NCBI GenBank assembly: GCA_002269645.1
Contig: NIVC01000642.1
Coordinates: 124,001-188,000 of the forward strand
Reading direction: 5' to 3'
Origin: Macrostomum lignano
Taxonomy: Eukaryota
DNA: 64,000 nucleotides
Under the pieces are notes generated by a model. It had not been told where the DNA came from, did no database searches, and saw only the letters and a list, made by a program, of their open reading frames with translations. The stretch's first letter is position 1. Every line of letters starts with the position of its first letter. Below, piece after piece: positions 47,279-60,800 of the stretch. A program made the position numbers and the translations under genes.

Positions 47279-49843
47279 GAAATCGGGAGCGAATCTTCGA
47301 ACTTCCCTTAAAATGGCTTTAAGGGACTAAAATGACTTTACATTTATACACATGTACGTGTTTATGTTGACATGGTCACGAGCCGCGACCATAAGTTTAC
47401 TGTACACGCACAGGACAGTTGTCAATAAGCGCCAAAACTAATTACAAGATAATTTCAAGCCAACTCACCCACACTCGTAACCTATACTCTGTGAGGCGCA
47501 CATACAGTAGCGGATCTAGAATTTCATTTGGGGGCCGAAAGGGGGGGGGCGTCGGTCCAAGTTTTGGGCGCCAACATGAGTATGAGGGGCGCTAATTTAT
47601 TTTAAGCTAGGGGTGCAAAAATGCGTGTAGGAGGCGAAAATCTAGTTTAAATGGTGCTCAATTAGTTTTTGGGTTAATAAGTTTTTAGGTTTTAGGGGGG
47701 GTCAATAAGTTCTATCAAGCTCTATCCGTGGGTCCGCCCCTATTGGCGCCCTTTGCCTTAGTCCCTGAATTAGCACATAACATACTCGTATATACAGTCA
47801 TAAGCTACGCTATAGGTATACAGTTGTTTTCTAAACTCGTTCAATGGCTTTAAGACGTACATGTACATGTACATCTACAATACATGTACATGTAGTAGAT
47901 GTAGTACAAAAAATCGAATCATCAATTGGATCGTTGACAGTTGACTTGAGTTGAAAAATGAAAAGTATGGATAAAATTAAGTGCGCGCTATAAGTGATTA
48001 TGCCTCGAAACGCACTCAAACAAAAAGATAATTGATAGCATACGAACCATCAATACTTTATTAAGAGTTTATAGTGACAGCTATATTTTAATATTTAACA
48101 ACGAAAAATAGTCAAACCAAGTCTAAAAAGATTGTCACCGAATTGACCACTGGTGTCACCGAAACGTCCCAAGTTGTCACCGAAGTTGTTGTCACCGAAA
48201 TGTCTTGTCACCGAATTGACCTGGGACCTTTTTATATAGCTGCTTATGAATCCTAAATTAACTAAACACATAGGTCATAGTAGAGCATAAACTAGGCCTA
48301 TGCTGATGGTTATTTGGTGATAAAAATGACTTGACTTAGTTTGAATTAATTTATTTGTATACCTAACTTTTATGCTTTTTCCTAGAATGTTTCCATAGTT
48401 CAGATTGTGTTTTAATGTACACTGGGTTTATGCCAGAAAAAATGACAAGACCTCATTTGTATGCCAGGTCCATAGTCCAGATCATGCTGGGTGCATGCCT
48501 GAACAAAAAATCAATAGTTACAAATGCACACTAATAAAACTGAGTGCATGCGACCATTCTTAAAACTCTATTGGTGCTGCAACAACAAATGACCTTTTTT
48601 CCCATTGTGACAATAAATGACCTTTTTTATTGCATAATAGACCTTTTTGACAGATATTTGATTCATTTTTTTGCTTTTTGGCAATACTATTTATAGTAGA
48701 AAATTGATACATGCATAGATTTGTTTAAATGAGTTATTACTAAAAAATTATGATTGATATTTTCTTATTTAACAAGTCTACTTTATGACTTTCAGACTTA
48801 TGTTAATGTTGGTTGCTTGCTTGCAAGTTGCAGCCATTGCTGGTTGGGTTGGGCTCCCTAAATACATATGCCCTTGTAATAGTAGTAGCAATATTAAATG
48901 ACTCAGGAAAAAAGCCTGACTGGTCAATATGAAAAGCTGTTTATCTAATTTTCTTGTTAAAAGTAAATTGAATGTACTAAATCTAAATTATAGGCCTCCT
49001 CTTGGGCCTAGGCGCCTCCCGAAGTTAATATTTTCTACGAACTTATTAAATTTGAGTTTGCGCAAATTCAAATTACTTTTTGTATATTAAAAACAAAGCA
49101 AAACATGCCAAGTACAGTAAACTTTGTAGCACAAAATAAGATTAGCTTTAAGAAAAAATTATTTTAGTATATTTAAATCTTTCGGTTTCACACAAGTTGT
49201 GTAGGCTGGTGTATTTATAGTGACGTTTAAATTTGACTCTCCGGCCTGTAAAATAATGAATTGCCGATACTAACACTTGAACTTTCAGCCGTCGAGAGTG
49301 CCAAGTCAGAGCGCCAACTCTTATTATAACAATCGATGATTTATATTTATATTGGTTACTTATCAGTCATTAAAACAAAAGTTTCATTATAAAATTATCT
49401 TGCAAAATAACATAAATTACATACAGTAAAAAGTACAGTGAGATAAATACAATATAAATACTATAATACCAATACAACCTGATAAGAGTAAATACGAAAT
49501 TATTTACTTTTAAATTACATACGCAGATATACGCAGGCTCTGCGCTGCCCTGCCCGCCGACTAATTAGGTCTATGAGCAAGGACAATCCTATGCAATTTT
49601 TGCCTTAATAATTCCTGTTCTGTATTTAAATACAGCCTGTTGTTCTATTGTTTTTCGTTGAAGACCACCCGAAGATGCTGTAAAATATATTATTAGGCCG
49701 AAAGGCGTGCTTTTAATTAAATACAAAATTTAGTACTGTGATTAGTTCTGTAATTTGTAAATTCTGTAAAACAAAGTTCTGTAATGTGTAAATTATAAAC
49801 TCCTACTAGGGCCTAGTACTGTTATATTTCTAAGTATATATTA

Positions 49844-50413
49844 GGTCACCCAATAAAATGCAGAATCCACAGCAGAATTGGAATTATGGAATAGCTCAGT
49901 AAAATGTGGAATCCGTAGCGGAATGGTATAATGCAGAATGAGCAATGGAATCCAGTAACTTTAACTAAAATGCAAATGCAAAGTAGCTGAAGTGCATTTT
50001 GATCTATTATTATATATAATCTTATAACAATAAAGCTTTCAAAATTTTACCAAACTACTACTAGAGAGAAAATTATGATACTTTTCAACACCCATCAGCC
50101 ATGTTATTTATGAGAGAACCTATATTACTACTTTGAGTAAGGTCCAGTAGATGCTGCTATTTCTAGTTCAGTTTGCCTCCATATAGAATCATATTCAAAT
50201 TTCTTTATATATCTTTTTTATATAGTTAAATTGCTATAGGCAAAGCTATATATATTTAAAATTTCATTTTTTTATCCTTATATTTTTCATTTTATATTAG
50301 TGGATTCCATATTTGATTCTGTATTTTACCATTCTGCTGCCAATTCTACATTTTACTAGGCCTATGCTATTCCATTCAGATTCCCCTGTGGATTCCACAT
50401 TTTACCGGGTACC
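49844..50413. mobile_element. MITE with diverged, about 110-bp TIRs and 8-bp TSD
   Basis: taaaatg..gaatcc subrepeats are inverted at both ends; GG...CC termini; ATATATTA at 49836-43 and 50414-21. Confidence 0.75.
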
Positions 50414-50438
50414 ATATATTAGGCCTAGCAAATACAGA

Positions 50439-51111
50439 CCATGGTCAGGAAGGTGCAGCGTGTGCGTCGGAATGACATCCATCAAAATTTTTGTTGTGCG
50501 CCACGTGTGCTGAGAAAAAAAAATTATTTGTGGTCCATGCGCCGAGAAAAATACACTTGAAAAGCAGCACTATCAAGTATTAAGTATCTAAATTGAATCA
50601 ATACCAATGGAAGTTCAAGCAGTTCAATTATGGCTTCAATTTGCAAAATATAAGCAAAAAGGCGCAACAAAAGCCGCGAAAGGCGCAAATTTGTTAAGTT
50701 AAAAGCTACGATTAATGAAATTTGAAATAGAAACAACATTGGAAATAACGACTATCGTATCGACTATTGTTTATTTTATTAATTGATTGATCCCAAATAG
50801 ACTACATTGTTGCAGCATTTTGGCTAAGAATATCATGATATAATATCACCATATCATAATATCTGAGCCTTTTTGCTGCACTTATTCGTGATATATTCCA
50901 GCAAAACTGTATATACGGGTGTTGATTAACATTTAATATATGTTTTTTTATTAAGCATTATTATATTGTCACGTACACTGACGTACCTTGTGCACCATGC
51001 GCCGATGCGCCGAGCCCATGCGCGCGGCGCAGTGAAGTGTGCGCCGTGCGCCGGCAAATTGCTGATTTGCGCCGGAGAATTCTGAGGATTCTACCGTCTT
51101 CCTGGCTGTGG
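50439..51111. mobile_element. hAT-like MITE with 8-bp TSD and TGCGCC subterminal repeats
   Basis: Ends ccatggtcaggaag / cttcctggctgtgg; AATACAGA at 50431-38 and 51112-19; seven TGCGCC motifs near the ends. Confidence 0.7.
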
Positions 51112-51499
51112 AATACAGATAATTTGTTCAAAACTTTAGAGCAATGCTAGGCCTGTGCCATGGAGGATTTAGTAAAAAAAATTCACATTTTAAGCAATTT
51201 ATGCACTTTTGGATAGAAAGACTTGGATTTAGAGAATTTTAAGATAGCCTATGTTAGATGTCACTTTCTATATATGTTCATTTTTATGCTTAGTATATCA
51301 TGGCCATAAGATAAAGATAGTCTCGACTCTCTTACTAGGCCAGCCCTAGGCTTACTATAAATGTAAATTTTGAATTTTATAATTTAAGCATATTTGAATG
51401 GCAATAGGGCAGGACTACTAGCTATATAGTAACAAGCTTATTTGACTAAAGCTAGTGCTAGCTAAATAGTAGAAAAATTTTATGGGCAATAGGCCCAGC

Positions 51500-52376
51500 T
51501 GGCTAGCTAGAGTTTTGGCACCACAACACAACTCATTTTCTAAGTCCTAATGGCTATGGATCTGGCAGTGCTATATAGAACTTAAAAAATATTTTAAAAG
51601 ATTAAAAAGACTAGGCCTAATAAGAATATGGCTTATATCTATTTAAAATTCAACATTAAAAGTATCTCCTTTCAAATCTTGAGACTCATCATCTAGTCTT
51701 AAATCTTATCTAGAACAAAGTCTCAATTTCTGCCACTTATAGAAAAACTATACTCCAGAAGGCATAGATCATGCTGAAAAATTCTAGCATGCATTTAGTT
51801 TAGCCTAAAAATTGTAGCATGCATTGGCATATATTTGGGTATTGTATGCCAAAAGTGGCATGTTGGCATGCTATGGCATAGAAATAGCAGGCATAATAAT
51901 AGTGAGGCATATTTTTTAAGACAAAAGTTCATGAAAAGACTTTGTATTATGAAGTGAAGACAAGAATTCATACTTATTTTTATTGCAAAATAATAAGTAA
52001 ATTTTATTGTGCCAAAAAAGTTGTATATTTATTATTTGCATGCTACAATAGTTTTAAAAAATGTTGAAGACTCAATAATATGATCTACATACATGTGCAA
52101 ATTTGGGAATCACCTGGCCATTTCTATTGGCAACATACACATGTAAGTCGCTATTGGCTGAGAGCAGTCACGTGACTACTATTCCATCCAATAGCAACTT
52201 ACATGTGTGTGTTGCCAATAGAAATGGCCAGGTGAATCCCAACGTTGCGCCCAAGCATGATGATCTAGACTATAGTAGAAAAACAATATTGAAGAATGTT
52301 CCTAATATTATAATAGCCTTGCCAGATCTATAGCTATTAGAAAATGAGTTCTAGTGCCAGAACTCTAGCCAGTGCC
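51500..52376. mobile_element. Second copy of the same MITE-like family
   Basis: gctagagttttggcac..ggctatggatctggcagtg at 51500-51570, inverted at 52318-52376. Confidence 0.5.
52103..52242. repeat. 140-bp near-perfect palindrome
   Basis: Arms of about 55 bp with 3 differences; the loop contains the palindrome agtcacgtgact. Confidence 0.9.
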
Positions 52377-53227
52377 ATTATTTTACTAGTATAGCTATAT
52401 GGGCTAAATAAACACTGCTATTTATACTAAACTATATAATTTTTTAATATATAGCCTCTAAGCTAAAATATAAATTTTCACATTTGAAGCTAGCTAGGAC
52501 CAATCTCAAATGGGATTAGCCTAAGTCTAAGAAGCATAGCATAATAATCTATAAAGTACTACTACTGACAGTAGGCACAAGCGCTATAAATAGGCCATGA
52601 AAGGATGAGGCCCCTACTGCAAGTCCCTAAAGTAGAGTAGAAATGTTTGTATTTTGATTGATTTTAATGCAATGAAATAGTTTCTCCTATATTAGATATA
52701 TATTACCTTGTATGCTTATGACTATGTTCTAATAAATATAAAATGCTAGTACTAGTCATAATGATTATATTGGCTATTGAATGCTTAAAAATCTAGCTCT
52801 TTTACTTTGAGTAGACTAGTGTAGTGAAAGTCCTTTTACTTGTCAATATTAATTATTATATATAGCTAGAAGTAAATTTTATTAAAAGTAGTTTTGCAAA
52901 TAAATAGGAGCCTAACTTTGCAATGCAATTACATATATTAGAAGCCTGCTTAGACCTGAAAGCCATATTTAATTTGGTAATTGTGATTTTGGTTTTAACA
53001 TTTTACTTTAAGCATAGCCTTGCAACTTAGTATATAAAACGAGTCCATTACTAAAATTTGTTTGAATGAAGGGCTATTGCTATGCTTCCAGATTTATACT
53101 TCTACACACATTTAAAGTACACTATTATGTGCCAGTGCATAACAACTTTTTAATGCATTTCAATGTCTTGTTTATACTACAGTAACAACCAACTGTCCAG
53201 CCAACCAGACAGAGCCCAGTCATCTCC

Positions 53228-53569
53228 ATGGCAACCAGTGCTGGTGGTGATGCCACCTACTCGGTGAATGACAAGGCTAAGCCAGGCTTCATTCGGGTCT
53301 CCTTTGACCTGCCAGGTCTGAAGAAGGGCCTGCTAGATGGCAGCAAAAATGCCAAGAAGACTAGCAATTCAACCCTGAATGTGTCAATCGCGCCTGGCTC
53401 AGCTCACTTTGGCAGCGTGTCAATCAAAGGCCAGACGAAAGGTCACGTGATTGAGTACCAGCTACGCGCTGATCCCTCCGAGCTGCTCGGCGCGTGGCTT
53501 GGCTCCCCGCCCAGCTACTATGAGGTTGAGCAGGGAGTCCTGAGGGTCTTTCTCAAGCTAGCTGATTGA
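53228..53569 (+). CDS. Small 113-aa protein, probable stand-alone CS/p23/alpha-crystallin-like beta-sandwich
   Basis: GC-rich ORF in AT-rich DNA. Acceptor tactacAG at 53181-2 is followed by an in-frame TAA, so ATG 53228 (ccATGG) is the start. FIRVSFDLPGLKK ... LNVSI ... YEVEQGVLRVFLKL match the strand pattern of ACD/CS domains. The fold is inferred. Confidence 0.62.
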   Translation: MATSAGGDATYSVNDKAKPGFIRVSFDLPGLKKGLLDGSKNAKKTSNSTLNVSIAPGSAHFGSVSIKGQTKGHVIEYQLRADPSELLGAWLGSPPSYYEVEQGVLRVFLKLAD

Positions 53570-54164
53570 TTGGATTTTTAATGATAGGATGTGCAATTGT
53601 GTCTTTGAAATTAGCAGTTAGAAATTGCAAGCTAGCTAGACATTTATTGACCATATTCGTCGCTAGTAGATTTATGTTATTATTTCTGCTATTAAGCGTC
53701 CATGAATATTATTGTATTTGTCATGCTTATCGGTTTATTAAAATATAAAGTTATTTTACTATGATCTATATTTATAAAATTTTGTTTGTCTGCTGTTTTG
53801 CCGCTAATAAAAATCAGTTGTTGCTGTATAATCGGCAAGTGATTTGCTTTTGTTTATTTATCCCAAACAAGCAAGGCTCGCTTCCACCGCCATGCCATCA
53901 GATGCAGTCAGGTCAGATTTTGTGTGATCGCAGAATTTCTAAATTGAAGTTCAAGATTTATTTCTACATTTAGTCGTGTGATTTGATGGCAGTGTGAATC
54001 AGCCTTTAATGTGTCGCTTTCACTAGCTGGCAATTTGACATCAGGATAAATTTGTTAAAGTTGTGAGCTAGGGGAAGTCCTGTAGCAGCGGTCGGCAAAC
54101 CTTTTTTACCTCAAGGGTCAGATAAAGACAGGTGAGAGAGGAAAGGAGAGGGGAGCGGCTGGAG

Positions 54165-54556
54165 AGGAGCTCGGGAGACGCTAGAGAAGAGGGAGACGCT
54201 AGCGAAGAGGGAGACGCTAGAGAAGAGGGGGAGGCTAGGGAATAGGGGGGAGACCAGAGAAGAGGGAGAGGCTAGAGAATAGGTAGACGCTAGAGAAGAG
54301 GGGGAGGCTAGAGAAGAGGGTGACGCTAGAGAAGAGGGGGAGGCTAGAGAAGAGGGTGACGCTAGAGAAGAGGGAGACGCTAGAGAATAGGTAGACGCTA
54401 GAGAAGAGGGGGAGGCTAGAGAAGAGGGTGACGCTAGAGAAGAGGGGGAGGCTAGAGAAGAGGGTGACGCTAGAGAAGAGGGGGAGGCTAGAGAAGAGGG
54501 TGACGCTAGAGAAGAGGGGGAGGCTAGAAAAGAGGGTGACGCTAGAGAAGAGGGGG
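54165..54556. repeat. 18-bp minisatellite, left part
   Basis: ga(c/g)gctagagaagaggg(a/t/g). Confidence 0.92.
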
Positions 54557-54561
54557 AGAAG

Positions 54562-56202
<1,641 letters not shown>

Positions 56203-56204
<2 letters not shown>

Positions 56205-56997
56205 GAGAAGAGGGGGGGGGCTAGAGAAGAGGGAGACGCTAGAGAATAGGGAGACGCTAGAGAAGAGGGAGACGCTAAAGAAGAGGGAGACGCTAGAGAA
56301 TAGGGAGACGCTAGAGAAGAGGGAGACGCTAAAGAAGAGGGAGACGCTAGAGAATAGGGAGACGCTAGAGAAGAGGGAGACGCTAGAGAAGAGGGAGACG
56401 CTAGAGAATAGGTAGACGCTAGAGAAGAGGGGGAGGCTAGAGAAGAGGGTGACGCTAGAGAAGAGGGGGAGGCTAGAGAAGAGGGTGACGCTAGAGAAGA
56501 GGGGGAGGCTAGAGAAGAGGGTGACGCTAGAGAAGAGGGGGAGGCTAGAGAAGAGGGTGACGCTAGAGAAGAGGGAGACGCTAGAGAAGAGGGAGACGCT
56601 AGAGAAGAGTGGGAGGCTAGAGAAGAGGGGGATCGAGGCTAGAGAAGAGGGAGACGCTAGAGAAGAGTGGGAGGCTAGAGAAGAGGGGGAGGCTAGAGAA
56701 GAGGGTGACGCTAGAGAAGAGGGAGACGCTAGAGAAGAGTGGGAGGCTAGAGAAGAGGGGGAGGCTAGAGAAGAGGGTGACGCTAGAGAAGAGGGGGAGG
56801 CTAGAGAAGAGGGTGACGCTAGAGAAGAGGGAGACGCTAGCGAAGAGGGAGACGCTAGAGAAGAGGGAGACGCTAGAGAAGAGTGGGAGGCTAGAGAAGA
56901 GGGAGACGCTAGAGAGAAGAGAGAGACGCTAGAGAAGAGGGGGAGGCTAGGAACAAGGGTGACGATAGAGAAGAGGGGGAGGCTAGAGAAGAGAGGG
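56203..56997. repeat. 18-bp minisatellite, right part
   Basis: The same unit resumes immediately after the LINE tail. Confidence 0.92.
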
Positions 56998-57884
56998 AGA
57001 CATGCAGCGTCACAGGGTTAAATATTGCGGCAGCAACGCCAAGAAACTACTGCATGGAAATTTAAGGTTTCAGCCATGCTTTCAATTAAGCATGCAGCTG
57101 CGAGCGCGCTACTGTACATGCAGCTGTGAATGCAGTTCAGACTTTTGGCAGCGACTCTCTGGAAGGAGCTGGTGCCAACCCGACGGGTGGTTCAGGGCGT
57201 CGACATGGCATGGGTTTATAGTGATTGGGGGGAGGACAAAAATACATGAGGTTAGCCAAAAATGATCTACATGTACATGTAAATTTACTATAAATTCTTA
57301 CGTATACTTTACATATACACTTTCTCAGAATCACAGTGTTGTCACTTGAATAGCAATTTTTTAGTGTCGCAGACAGATCTAGGCGCTATTTTGTCGCCCT
57401 GAAGCAAATTGATTTTCATCACCGCGGTCACAGAGATATGTGGGGATGGGCCGTGGTCAACTTCCAACTCTTTTCTTGTTTATTTTTTTAGCTTCGAACC
57501 GCCCAGGCCAACCCCCATTAAGTGTATTGTTATGCAAAATTGTTATGCAAAACATGATATTTATGCAAAATTGTTAATAAATTTCAATTTCAATAACTAC
57601 TTTACGATACATAAGCAGAAATGTTTGTATAAGATTTTGTTTTAACTGGTATATTTGCATTTAAATTTGCTTCTTAACAACAGATTTTTTGTGACTACTA
57701 GGGGGCCTAGCGTATAATGCGTTATGCGCTGAGGGGCAGAGACGATAATTCTCATACTATACAGCTTCAATATAGGGTATAGTATATGCTCTGAGCGTTG
57801 GGTCAGAGTCGATTATTCCTACAGCTTCAGCAGTCAGTTAAGCTTGTGTCCATTGAATGCTATCATTTTATTAGGGTTTATAAA

Positions 57885-60800
57885 ATGCACCATCAAGATG
57901 TATGCAGCTTTTCTTTTAACATAGGTAAGTGCAAATATAATTCATTCAAATTCAAAATAGCAACTGTCCACAATTTTTTGTCTAAATTTATATGAGTAGG
58001 CCTAAGCTTAACCAGGCTCTAGGCATTAAGAGAACCAATACTGCAATAGAATAGGTTTAAATTTTCAAGTCAAAAGCTATAAATTGCTCATTGATAGGTT
58101 CCAGTTCCTATGGTTCATTTCAGAAAATTGAAATAAAGCCTATCCACATCCACATAGATGTATGGCAATAATTTCCAATTTAATCTTAGATTTAATCATA
58201 CGACCTAGTATGGTTATATTTATATGGTCATAATTTGTAATATTTATTTTGGTTTGGCATATTTTTGTGTGCAATAGTCTATTAGCATACATTGGCATAC
58301 ATGAGCTTATGAGCTAGGGAAGCAATTTTCATTCTGGCATACACCAGTATATGATCTTGACCCTGGCCCCTTGCAAACTTAAAAATTTACATTTTTGTAA
58401 TGTAATATGTACTGTACTAAGAAAAGACAATTATAAAAGAATAAATACTTTAGATATACTAAAAATGAAAACTATAGGGGCCTATATATTCAGATATACT
58501 AAAAATGAAAACTATATATATATATATATATATATGTGTATGTATGTGTGTGTGTGTGTGTGTATCAATTAGCTCCATATAAATAGCTGTCTTATTATCA
58601 TTTAAGTGATTATCATTATTATCATTTGTCTGATTTTCTTAAAATTTGCACCATTTCATTAGAAATTTTTGCGCCTTGGTACGACTCGTATATGTATCTT
58701 GACTATCTTGGCTTGATGCTAAAGGCATTAAATATTCAAAAAACATGCCTTTTTGCAGAGGTCAAGCAGCTCTTTCATCTTGAAAACCATTGTAAAAATG
58801 CTAGAAAAAAAACTGACTAGTTGAATGCTGATTCTGAAATAGATTGCATTACAGCTGAATTGTAACTGTGTAGAAGCATTGCATAAGACTAGCTAGATTT
58901 AGATTGCATAATTATATTTTTGACTTTAATTGAAACTGATATAGACTGCCTAAGAAATTGATTATGTCATAACTGCTATGCTTGGAGCATTGAAAGCATT
59001 GAATTTATATATAAGTTATAAAATTTGTTACCAAAATGATGTGAGCTAGCCTAGAGGTGAACAGACTAAACTGCAATTGCAGCAACATGGGTTAGAATTT
59101 TTAGAGTCTAGAAGTTTTTTATTAAATTTTTTTAATGTCAAGAAATCTAAGAAAAACTTTTAAAAGTGTTAGTTAAAAAACAATAAGCATCATGTAATTA
59201 ATAAAAAATAATCTCAAAGCAGATTGTCAATAATCTTATAATAGCTCTCCAATAATCTCATAGCAACTCTTTAGTAATCTTAGCAGCTTTGCAATAATCT
59301 CATAGCATCTTTTCAATAATCTCATAATAGCTCTTCAATAATCTCACAGTAGCTCTTTAATAATCTCATAGCAGCTCTTCAGTAATCTCATAGCAGCTTT
59401 GCAATAATCTTATAGCAGCTTTGCAATAATCTCATAGTAGCTCTTCAATAATCTCATAGCAGCATCTCATAGTAGCTTTTCAATAATCTCATAGCAGCTT
59501 TGCAATAATCTTATAGTTGCTCTCCAATAATCTCATTGAGATGTCAAGACTTATGGGGATTATTGAATGCTGAGATGTGTAAGCTTGGGTGAATTACTGA
59601 GATGTCAAGTCTTGGGAGACTGCTGGGATATGTACGCTTGGGGGAATTACTGAGATTTCAAGTCTTGTGGGATTGCTAAGATGTGTATGCTTAGGGGAAT
59701 TACTGAGATGTTAAGTCTTGGGGGTATTGCTGAGATGTGTATGCTTGGGGAATTACTAAAATGTCAAGTCTTAGGGGATTGTTGAATGCTGAGATATGTA
59801 GGTTTGGGGGAATTGCTGACATGTCAAGTCTTATGAGAATTGTTAAAATGTCAAGGGGAGATTATGATTTATTGATAGATTTGCATCAACTATTGAGGGG
59901 ACAACATGATTTATTGAGAAGATAGAAAAATCTAGCAGGTAGGACAATTTTAAAGAGAGTAGCATGACATATTGAGGGAACAACATGATTTGTTCTAGAT
60001 TTATAGGTGAAGCATGAAATTTCAAGGTGATTTCTAAATAAAAAAGTTCCTGATAAAGCATTTCCAGGGGATAGTTTGAGATTTCCTGGTATAGTGTGAG
60101 ATCTCTAGCAGATTGAATGTGATGTGATTTTTCAAGGGGTAGCCCAATTTTAGAGAGAATAGTATGACATTTCGTGGTGAGAGCTGGGATATCAATGGAA
60201 AAGTGCAAGAGATAGCTAGAAATATCAATGGGATGGCTAGAAATGTCAATTGATAGCAGGGGATATCAATGGAAAAGTGCAAGAGATAGCTAGAAATATC
60301 AATGGAAAAGTGCAAGAGATAGCTAGAAATATCAATGGGATGGCTAGAAATGTCAATTGATAGCAGGGGAAATCAATGGAAAATTTTAAGAGAATACTAG
60401 AAATATTGATAGAATGGCTAGAGATGTCAATGGATAGCAGGGGATTTCAAGAGATAGCTACAGATATCAAAGGGATAGCAAGAGTTATTTAAGGCATAGT
60501 TCAAGGAATTTTATAGGGGGATATCTATGTGAAAACATAGCGTGATAATGATAATCAAGGGGGTAGCAAGAGTTATATATGGTGTAGTATAGGGAATAAT
60601 ATAGGGGGATGAGGGGGAGGGGGATCAAGAACTATGATTTCTCTAGTTTTTTTATAGTTTTATATGTTAAATTTGCAGTTTTCTCATATAAGTTTCAACA
60701 TTGAATTGCAAATAGTCTAGGGGGGAATTATCAAACATACATATATACACACACATACACATAGAAACATGTCAGTTTTAGTATATTGAGAGGGTAAGAA

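Larger units (their letters stand above)
45502..48228. mobile_element. Mutator-superfamily (Phantom-like) DNA transposon with about 677-bp TIRs and 8-bp TSD
   Basis: TIRs 45502-46178 and 47551-48228, confirmed by identical 62-aa ORFs at 45711+ and 48019-. GG...CC ends, subterminal CGGTGACA repeats, and TSD TTTTTATA at 45494-45501 and 48229-48236. Confidence 0.92.
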
